From: Macrostomum lignano
Taxonomy: Eukaryota
Direction of reading: 5' to 3'
Assembly (NCBI GenBank): GCA_002269645.1
Contig: NIVC01004671.1
Coordinates: 1 to 38,478 of the forward strand
Length of the DNA stretch: 38,478 bases
The notes under the pieces are model-generated. The model ran no database searches. It was not told the DNA's origin and was given only the letters and a program-made list of their open reading frames with translations. The translations under genes and the position numbers were made by a program. The first letter of the stretch is position 1; the number at the start of each line of letters is the position of its first letter. This document shows positions 23,546 to 32,807 of this stretch, one piece after another.

Positions 23546-23955
23546 ATACAAGCATTAGGAAGATTATGTTCACAGACTGCACTCAAAGCAGCACTTCATC
23601 AGGCGGCGTTTGCAGCCGGGCTATCGATGGAGACAAGCGTCAAAATTATTTTGACGGATCTTGCAGCCACACCACCAACCACGGCTCTGAGTGGTGGGAG
23701 GGCCGGCTGTCACAGCAGTCCATGGTCGTATCCGTCACCATCTACAACAGGCAGGACTGCTGCCCTGAACGTTTGAACGACTTCCAGCTGCTGGTTGACG
23801 GAGTTGTGTGCCACGAGGTGAACATTGAGACTCCATTCTTGGTGAAGAACCTCAGCTGCTGGCAGCTCGGCAATCGAGTTCGAGTTCTGAATCGGCAAGC
23901 CGAGGCGTTTGCCATTTGCGAGATCGAAGCATATGGCTTCTTCTATCCTGGCTGA
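23546..23955 (+). CDS. PAN/Apple + F-type lectin, copy 2, exon 2 (fucolectin/FTP domain); 239 aa in total
   Basis: TTTCAG acceptor (phase 1); AIDG Ca-site; exact H-X26-R-X-D-X4-R fucose motif (CSHT...NRQDCCPER); ICEIEAYG C-terminus. Confidence 0.93.
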
Positions 23956-25962
23956 TTCGACAGCTTCAATGGAAGTCTGTCAGATAGTTGACTAGCTGAA
24001 TTTTCTAAGCGACATTCATTGAACAGTTTTTTTCAGAATTCAATCGTTCTAATGGTCGATAAATATACCAAAGCATGTCACAAGGATCTGAAGATAAAAG
24101 TGAAATCCCTGCTGACAAGTAAAAGCAATAATTTCAATGACTTCGATGTTTTTATTGATTCACTGTTGACAAGTGGGGTGCTTTTTCTGTCAGTGCCAAG
24201 TTTTTGACATGGAAGGCAAGTGCTTGAAGCACCTTCTGAGCTGTACATAGCACAAAAAGAAGTGTTCTAGTTTTTTGCAGCTAGTTTGATTCAGTTACCA
24301 TGTAAAAATCGCTAAGGTCTTCTCATTCTGAAGCTGCAGACAGAGCAGCACCGTTTTGAGCGACAGGTGCTTGCAGCGCGCTATTGACGGGGCTATCATC
24401 AGAATTGTCATCAGAAACGCTCATGCAGCCTCTCCGGCAACCAGTAGGGGAAGGCTGAATAAGCGCGCATGTGTACGAGAGTATTTATACAATATTTGAC
24501 AATTTTGATGGCACTCACCTCGCAAATAATTCTACGACTTGTGACCCAAACCCAATAGAAAAAATCTTGGATTATCAAGCATTGTGAAACGAGCTGTAAC
24601 TTTATTTTTGGACGAGCAACTACAGTGTAGTAGTAAAATAAAAAACCCAAATGAAGCAAAGTACAACTACCGGTATGAAAGCAGATGCTTTGATTAAACC
24701 AGATTTACATTCATTTAAGTTCAAGAAGCAGCAATGGATTCAACAAAATTGGTTGCAGCTGCAAAGTGATGAGTTGCCACACGAAGGCCAGCGGATGCTC
24801 GGTCGGTACAAATCTTCTGTGTACAGCGGTCAAGACTCCGGTTCGGTCTCTGTCCTTGCCGCACTGGAATCCTCGATACCGATAAGCCGAACAAATAATA
24901 ACGAATTTTAAGCTTGTGAAGTTTTCGCTCAAACAAATCCGACTGATTGTTTTTGCATATTTTATTTGCATCTCCCGCCAGTATCATCTCCCACTAAGTG
25001 ACATCATCTGTATGACCGAACCCATTCATACGGTTTTGTTTGAGCCACAACTTCACAAACTTACAATGATGTAGCATTTGTTATTAACTCTTCTGTTGAT
25101 GGCTTTTTGAGTTTTGATTTATTCAGCCGAACAGACAGATGATATACTTCGAGTATTGGGCTAATGCTGCGATTTTTTGCGTTTCGAAAGCAGTTGGCAG
25201 CAAGTCTTCTCGATTGAAGCTTCCAAGAATCTCTGAAATCAGGTTAATATTTGATATTAAAAGCTTTTTTGCATTTAGATTTCTTTTTCAGTTGGAGTTG
25301 TTCTCACGGAGATTTGCAATTCATGCAAAAAGTCGCTGAAAAATGGATTATCGAGATTTCGGAATATTTATGTTTTTTAGCACTGAATTCCCGATGTCTC
25401 TCATTTTCTGGTCTTCCGAACTACAAGCAGAACAAGTATATTTTATCCGAGGTGCACTCACAACTTTGTCTGTGGTTAGAATGTGGGGCTTTGGACCCCC
25501 GCTAGCAGCCAAAGGAAATATCTATGGAAAAAGCCTACTAACAATCATCGCCCCTCCTTTTTGGGCAGAACTGGGAAAACTCCACGCTGGGAAGAAAAGA
25601 GACAAAAAATAGCTTGTTCCGTTAGTAATTCGGAAGTCGAGAAACCGGGGGTATTGTGAGGCATAGTGCCGAAAACTTCCTATCTCAGTGATGCATCACC
25701 GTCAGCAGGCCTGTCAAAGATTCAATATAGACTACTGAGAAAAGTAGACAAATAAATATTTGAATCGTGAAATCTCTCAAATAGCCCAAAAATGTCTCCA
25801 TATAAAAGAAATGGCAGCATAAAAGAAACGTCAGTGCACACTGCGAGTGGTGGGAGAGGACGGCGTGTGGCTGAGGCTGACTGACGAACGGAAACCGGTC
25901 TGGGTCTGTACGAATTTAGCATCATTTTGCTTTCGTTGCGGATGCCCCAGTTAAAGCTTTAT

Positions 25963-27470
25963 CTATAGCTCGCATAATGCCACTGCAGCAGTTCCCTTAT
26001 GAGGACTCACAGTGCCTACAGTGCTATCCTTGAAAAGCCGGTCCCGCATCGCTCGCTGCAGTTCCGGCTCTCGTCCGATGACGCTTCTGTGTCGGTGAGC
26101 GATGCCGACCAGCCTGTCAACGTCCTGGCCGAATATCAGCGCCAGATAGATCTCCTGAGGGTCGGCAGACGGATCTTCTGCCAGCGCAGTGGTGTCTTCA
26201 ATAATTGGCAGGTTGCACTGGCCCGGCAACAAAATTTTGGCCAGGTAGACAGCCAAAGCGTTGAAGTTCATGTAGAAAGCATTGATGTGGTTTGACAAAT
26301 GAGCTGGAAAGATGTTGGAGTTGAATTCGCGCAGCACCTGTTTATCTGTGTCAATTTTATATTCGTCATCAAGCCGACAACAGAATTTAGCGATGTAGTT
26401 CTTCCTTAGCAGTTGCTGGCTCAGCTCAGTAGCAGTCCGACAGTGTTCGGGGTCCAGTCTTCCTGACGATGACCAGTCTGGTTCGCTGCAACTGGTTAGA
26501 ATATGCAGCAGCTCTTCTCGAGCTTTGTCTCTCTGGCTGCGTCTCAACAATAACAGAACCCTCAAACAGACCTTTGCTGCGATCGCGAAGTCACCAATAG
26601 TTTCTGTCAAGGCCATGGCTTCTGCAAATTCATCGTCAGTTTTTGACGATTCGTCTGTAGAAAGTATTTCCATGCACCTGGTTACAGCTACCGTGGCATT
26701 GTAAATGGCAGCGGAGTGGGCAGGTAAACTCTCCGATGCAGTCCCATCTTCCGGCTTGACGAGGTTCAATCGACAAAAACTCAGTGAAAAGTGGAGAAGC
26801 GGGTTGTAGATAATCTTCTCGTCCCCGACCTGCGGTCTCAACATCAGGGCAAATTCATTTAGAACCTTGTCCAAACTGTTAATTACTTTAGTAGTCGACT
26901 CGGCAATTGAAGCCGCGCAGCTCGATTCCTTCAGGTACAGTGCTGCTTCAGGCAGAAAAAAGTGCTTCATTAGTTTGAGGTCACCCGGTTGGACGGCTTT
27001 TAATGCGCTCTCCAATTCTGTCAGAGATTTTAGTAACAACGGGCGCAGGTTTTCCTTCTGCCAACACTCCGGTGGAGTGGCATCAAGAGCCTGGAATAGC
27101 AGCGTCTTCACGTGATAAGTCTTCAGGCCGAAAGTACTCGTGGAGGTGCAGATCGCATGCTTCACGATGTATTTTAATGTAACAAAGAACCAACACTGCA
27201 CAGTGTTGAGACTCTTCATGACAATGTTTTCAAGAAAAGCGGTGCTGATTCTCTTCTGTCGGCCCCTCCTACCCGGTGCAGCTGCAGAGACCACGTGACA
27301 GGACTGCGGCCGATCGATCTCGATTTTCAAGGCTTGTAGCACATTCTCGGGAAAGTACCGAGCATTGTCCAGCAGAAATATTGTCGGGTAGCAGCAGCAA
27401 ATCTGCGCTGCAACCATGTCCATGGACGGTTTGAGGTGCGACGGACCGTAGTATTTAGTCGGGTTGGATG
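25963..27470 (-). CDS. ANK-cGAS/Mab-21-like protein, exon 3 (third catalytic Asp, Mab-21 C-lobe, helical tail)
   Basis: CTTTTAG acceptor (phase 1); DMVAA, CHVV, RISTAFLENIVMKSL, LKTYHVKTLLF, KHFFLPE are Mab-21 family motifs. A possible further donor (ACT|GTGAGT, ~25995) leaves the C-terminus uncertain. Confidence 0.85.
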
Positions 27471-27553
27471 CTAAAAGACACGACGGGAAAGAAATGGAAG
27501 CCAATGGTACAGAATTACAACAAAGTTCACTGTCACAAGATGAAGGCACTCAC

Positions 27554-27900
27554 TGACTCCTGAAATCGTCACGTGCCCATCCTCGTACGCCATCTTGCTG
27601 CTGTCCGATACTGTTGGGCAACGACAGAACGATGCAATGTGAATCGGCTCCCGAGTCTTGTCCAACAACAGTACGTCGATGTCAGATTCCAAGTCCGTGC
27701 TGCCATCGGCACTCACAATAGAATTGCCGCATCCGTCACTGTAGCTGCCGACGAGGTGAGCTTCGAAGCCGCTCCAGTCGGCGCTGTCGGCAAACTGACA
27801 GCGCAAGATTGCCTGCTGAACTTTCGCCCTGACTTGCAGGCACTGCATTCGCTCCTGGTTGAAACCGGCTCGTTCCAAAGCCTCGACCAATACAGACACA
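27554..27900 (-). CDS. ANK-cGAS/Mab-21-like protein, exon 2 (NTase G-S loop and DxD)
   Basis: TAGCAG tandem acceptor (27903/27900); VGSYSDG...LESDIDVLL; A|GTGAGT donor, 83-bp intron in phase with exon 3. Confidence 0.85.
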
Positions 27901-27992
27901 CTGCTAGGATTGAAAGCAAACAAAAGCATACAAATAAGTAACAATTTCAAACAGGTTCCGTCTTGGTCGTCTGCAGTTTGATTAGTGGTAAT

Positions 27993-28183
27993 GCACTCAA
28001 TTCTAACTGTCAGGATGGTACCAATGTCATCCAGCACTCTATTCTGACTGTCAGGACGGTACCAATGTCATCCAGCACTCCATTCTTACTGTCAGGATGG
28101 CACCAACGTCATCGAGCACTCCATTCTAACTGTCAGGATGGTACCAATGTCATCCAGCACTCCATTCTGACTGTCAGGATGGC
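27993..28183 (+). repeat. Intronic 41-bp tandem repeat (CTGTCAGGATGGTACCAATGTCATCCAGCACTCCATTCTGA)
   Basis: Units start at 28007, 28048, 28089, 28130 and 28171. Confidence 0.92.
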
Positions 28184-28283
28184 TGCAACACACTCCTTCG
28201 ACGCCAACGGTTGGTTAGCTAGTTCCGATAGGAATATAACACAAAATATTTGTTAAACTGAAAGATAAAGAGACAAAAATTAC

Positions 28284-29176
28284 TTGAATCCATCGGAACA
28301 CATTTCAGCCTCGGTAATTAGAGTCAGCATCTGCTCATTGTCTAGTAGCCTAACCAGTCCTTGGACCGAATCAGTTTGCGGCAAGCTCAGCAGAGCACTG
28401 ACCGCCTCCTCCTTGCTGCACTGCATCAAGAGCTCCTTGCAGCATTCGACGTGGCCAAACGTCAACTTTGACGAGCGCTCAAGATACGGTAGCAGGCATT
28501 TTAGGCTTTCCAAATGTCCGCTTCGCGCAGCCAGCTCGATCGGCGTCAGGTTTTCAGCGTTAGAAGCGTCAGGATTCGCTCCATGGCGGAGCAGAAGTCC
28601 AACAATCGCTGCGTGACCTCGCATGACAGCAGTGTGCAGCGGCGTCATCTTCGAAGCGTCGGGATGTCCGATTAAACTTGGCGAACCGAGCGCCTCCAAG
28701 AGCAGCCTGGCTGCCTCTAGGTGTCCATCTCGACAAGCCAGGTGCAGCGGCATTCTTCCAAAGTCGTCTTGCCTGTCAGCCTCAGCTCTCGCCTTCAGCA
28801 GTCGCTGGATGACGTCAGAGTAGCCATACAGGGTGGCCACATGCAGCGGCGTGGACCTTTCGCAGTCCGGTGAGTTTACATCGTCACCAGCTTGGATCAA
28901 GCGCTGTACAACTAAGCCGTGACCATTATAGGCGGCTATGTGCAGTGGCCTCCAGAGATCACTCTTGCACTTTGTTATGCTGGCGCCTCGTTCAAGTAGC
29001 AGTCCGACCACAGTTTCGTGACCCCTCTCAGCTGCCAGAATCAGAGGCGTGGAGTTGTCCAACTCGTCCTGCTCATTCACGTCTGCTCCGGAATCGAGAA
29101 GCTGCTCTACCTTATCAAGTCTGCCTTCTGAAGCAGCAGCGTTTAGAGGCGTCCGGAAGCAGTTTCTGTTTTCCAT
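28284..29176 (-). CDS. Ankyrin-repeat exon (7 repeats plus a partial one), predicted exon 1 of the ANK-cGAS/Mab-21-like gene
   Basis: TPLNAAA, TPLILAA, RPLHIAA, TPLHVAT, MPLHLAC, TPLHTAV, TPIELAA. The apparent stop overlaps an AA|GTAATT donor (phase 2). First ATG is at 29176; an upstream exon is possible. Confidence 0.88.
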
Positions 29177-30013
29177 TAGAAATTTCAAACATGCATGGTT
29201 TTTGACGCTTTGTATGGCGAGTTAAAAATCTGAAAAGTAATTAGAGAGCTCCAGAGCCATCAGAGGATGGCTCAGAGCTAAAAAGAAAGCGCATAAGGAC
29301 GCTAGGAGAAGAAACAAGCCGCGCCCCTGAGCTCCCTCATTTCAACCAGCCAGCCCGATGGAAAAGCCACGGAGCTGCCGCGGACCTGCCTGGCAAGGGA
29401 ACAAGATAGAGCCGATCGATGGGCCTCCCGGACGAAGCTGGATAAGGCTCGTATCCTTTCCTAAGATGAACAGAAGCATGTGTACTGTTGACGGTGAAGG
29501 GATTAAAGTACTGTAGGGGATGGCGTAGCCGTATAGCTGCATCTAGCTTCTAGCACAACCTATGCATTAGAAATCCCCCACTCCGTTACCCCTGCGAGGC
29601 CAGAGCGGCCTTTTTATAGGCTGGCTAGTTTTTAAAGTGCTTTGGGACAGAACTTTTATCGGGGCCCGGGGGTTGCGTCCCCAATCCAAACTCTCCGAGT
29701 ACCGTGTGCATGTAAAGCCATTGGTAAATTTTTTAACTCCTCGGAGGACAGGAATTTCGGAATTAAATTAAAGGAGGAGTCTCATTTTTTATTTCTCCTC
29801 GCTCCCATGAAGCTTGGCAACCTATCAGTCGTAGAATTGATGTTCTAGATAATCACAGTTCTTCTTTGTCTCTGATATCGCGGGTTAGATTCACCTGAGA
29901 CCGACGACATATATATGTTAGGCATGCAGTACTGCTCAAACCGTACAGAATCAGTACGTTGTAATAGGTGCGCTATTGTCCAAATTGCCCCACCACCCGG
30001 AAAAGTCCCACAT

Positions 30014-30083
30014 CCCGTTTAACAATCCGCGACGTCGGTCTGCGGTCGGTCCGACGTCGGCCATCGTCGGATTGCTGTACGGG
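30014..30083. repeat. Small imperfect foldback (possible MITE remnant)
   Basis: CCCGT..CAATCCG / CGGATTG..ACGGG outer arms and GACGTCGG / CCGACGTC inner arms. Confidence 0.4.
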
Positions 30084-30417
30084 CATCGGCCCAATAATAT
30101 GCCATAAGACAAAAGCTATGTACAGAAGCCATCAGCTAAAAACTGTCTCGAGAAGGGCCGGGGTTCATTTTAGGTTTTAATAATTCGAAGTTAGATATAT
30201 AGCAGGTCCACCTAATTGTGGGAGGTATTTAATTGACACAGGTATACTACAGTCTGAGAAGCCTAATGTAGGCTGTAGTATAGTGTCTTTCCAAGTTTAT
30301 AACTTATGAATTACATGTACATTTAGGTAGTCTTTAATTATAATGATGTATTACGGGCACTGCTATAGAGTTTCTCACAGAGAATCACAATAACAATAAA
30401 CTTAACATGGCAGAAAA

Positions 30418-30625
30418 GTTCAAGAAACGAATTCTGACTCGAATCAAGTGGAAGCAGCTCCTCGCCAGAGTTTTATTTCACACAATTAGGTAGGCATTAA
30501 TCACACAATTATAGATTCCCACTGCTCCGCGGACTGTGCTTAGGTTTTAGCTGCTTTGGAATCTGCTGACTTAGTGCTGCAAAGAGACTGCCGCGACTCT
30601 TCACGGTGTTTGCCTGTTTCAACGT
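30418..30625 (+). pseudogene. Third, decayed copy of PAN/F-lectin exon 1
   Basis: AAGAAACGAATTCTGACTCGAATCAAG, CCACTGCTCCG-GGACTGTGCT, GCTGCTTTGGAATCTGCTG and AGAGACTGCCG-GACTCTTCACGGTGT align with 22910-23095; carries indels and a short insertion flanked by TCACACAATTA repeats. Confidence 0.8.
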
Positions 30626-32187
30626 AGCACAGTACAGGGAACTAGATGCAGAAATAATGTATAGTAGACATCTGCATTAAAGCATTCTATTTGTCATACA
30701 TGTACATGCATTTTGCATAGTCAATACAAATTACTATTGGATTATCATATTCGAATTGAAGTGGTTTCTATAAAATTTTTCCTTTATTTTATTACCAGGT
30801 TGCACCAATGCAGTGAACATAATTACTACATGTAAGTAAGAGTTACAGAGATACCCGTTGCTACAAAGGTTGCACAAAAAAATGTTCCTATCTGGGTGAT
30901 TTGCTATGTTGCACGTCAACATTCCTGCAACAGTCCTGAGCGCGACAAATGAAACATAACATCTTCTACTTGTTGTCATCAACGTTCCTGCAACAGTGCT
31001 GCAACAAACTTGGCACTAGGGGATTATTAATTGCCGGCTTCTGGCGATCGGCACAGTGCGTGTACAAATGGCATGTATTCGTAGAGAGGAACAAAAACGG
31101 ACTGTCTTATTAGATGTATTTTAAATGTAAATGCACATGAATGTACGTCTTTATAGTATTTTCCCTTCAAACTCCGACCCATGCAAACTTACTGCCATGT
31201 CACTTTACACGTAACATGCGTGGTACACAATGAACCAAAGTCAAAGTGGTGGTTTTCAGGGTACGCCACCGGTCGTCGGAGCCACCATAGTTACTTTGCC
31301 AATGACCTACCCTGTGCGAAAAAAAGCCAAAGTTTTTTGTAGAACTGCAGCTAACTCTGCGTTGTTTGAGCGTAATTGTTACGTAGTCACCGTGTTCACT
31401 GCTTTTAAATAGAACTGAGATCGATTTTTTCTAAGAAACTTATTTTAGCTTACTTCTTGTATTTCGGCGCTGCGCTTGACTTCACTTGATGCCTAAGGGC
31501 TAAGAGTGTAGTGTTATTGTGTTAACTATTTTCTAGCTAATAAAAGTCGTTTGGGTGTGTTCAGATCAATTTTTACATAGCTAGAGAGCAAAGATACAAT
31601 TAAGTCAATCCAAGCCGAATACATAAAATGCCTGTCAATGTAAGCCTAAGGCCCAGGATGGAATTCTTGCTCAGAGGAAGGAAAACGCGCGCGCACGTTT
31701 TTGGAGCAGCGCGCAAGTGCGCACGCCAGGGTCGCCAGCTAAAAATAAGAGAACTTGAGCGCACATAACCATGTTGTATACAAATTTTATCAAATTTTAA
31801 CAATCGAAGTATTTTGTGTACATTTGCTACTATTTTTGCTTTTCGATTATGCAATTACGAGTAAGGCAACAAAAAAGATAATGACACGTTTTACATTCAT
31901 AAAAAATATTGCTTTGTATATTTTTGAGTACATGTATGCAACTGTGTATATTTTTGTTTTAATAATAACTTTTAATTAATTAGAAAAAGAGAAACACCTG
32001 CAAAAATGACAATTTTAGTACAGTTATGTTTTTAGTATAATATTAGACGTTTAGTATAGTTGGATTTAGTATAGTTGGGTTGATGTATATTGTCGCAAAA
32101 TTCAAATCGAAATGTTGCGTTTCATGTACATGTTTAATTAAAATAATGATTTTTCTTTGCCCTTCCTGCAAGTTACATGTAGCTATA

Positions 32188-32435
32188 CAGTGGCAGATCA
32201 ATTTTTTGGGGGCGGTCTAAGTTTGGGCGCCAACACGAGTATAAGGGTGCCAATTTAGGGGCTTAAAAATGCATGTAGGGGGCGATAAGATATTAGCTTA
32301 GGGCGCAAAAAATGGTGTTTCGGGGCGAAAAAATCAAGTTTAGGGGGGGGGGGCGCAAACTTTGGCTTTTTCTGGGGGTGCACTATGTTCCGTCAAAAGT
32401 ACTTATTTTAGGGACGCCCCCCAAATCCGCCCCTG
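32188..32435. mobile_element. hAT-type MITE nested in the large hAT element
   Basis: CAGTGGCAGATC ... AATCCGCCCCTG termini; 8-bp TSD TAGCTATA / TAGCTAGA (7 of 8 match). Confidence 0.8.
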
Positions 32436-32807
32436 TAGCTAGATGTACATTCAACCCTCTCTGTGCTGCGTCGTCCCATCTTCATTTCTGTCCTTTTCTC
32501 TGTGGCCTGCATGCCTAGGTACAAGTACAAACCCCCACTCTTGTTTTTCTATCTGCCCCGCACTTCATGTACGCTAGGCATATTATTAGCGTCCCCTCAT
32601 TCTAAAATTCAAGACAAATATAAGTTTTGTTGCACTAAGCGTGCTGGTGTGCTTGTCCATTTGTGGTTATTGCCTGGAGAGTTCTGAATTGTTTACGCAT
32701 TATATAGCGAATGATTTATTGAGTCAAACATCTTAACAAGTCATTGTACATGCATTGTGGTTCATTTCAACTTGCGTATAAATGCTAGTCAGACGTTACA
32801 GTCGGCA

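Noticed and set aside
24411-25925. Scattered 60-90-aa ORFs
   Set aside because: No motifs and AT-rich; consistent with intergenic DNA.
27471-28037. Alternative-start N-termini of the ORF-track NTase ORFs (28037 and 27549)
   Set aside because: These extensions run through predicted introns (41-bp repeat, pyrimidine tracts); the spliced model fits better.
29290-29640. GC-richer block upstream of the ankyrin exon (LTR or promoter?)
   Set aside because: No TG...CA ends, PBS or second copy seen; no supportable call.
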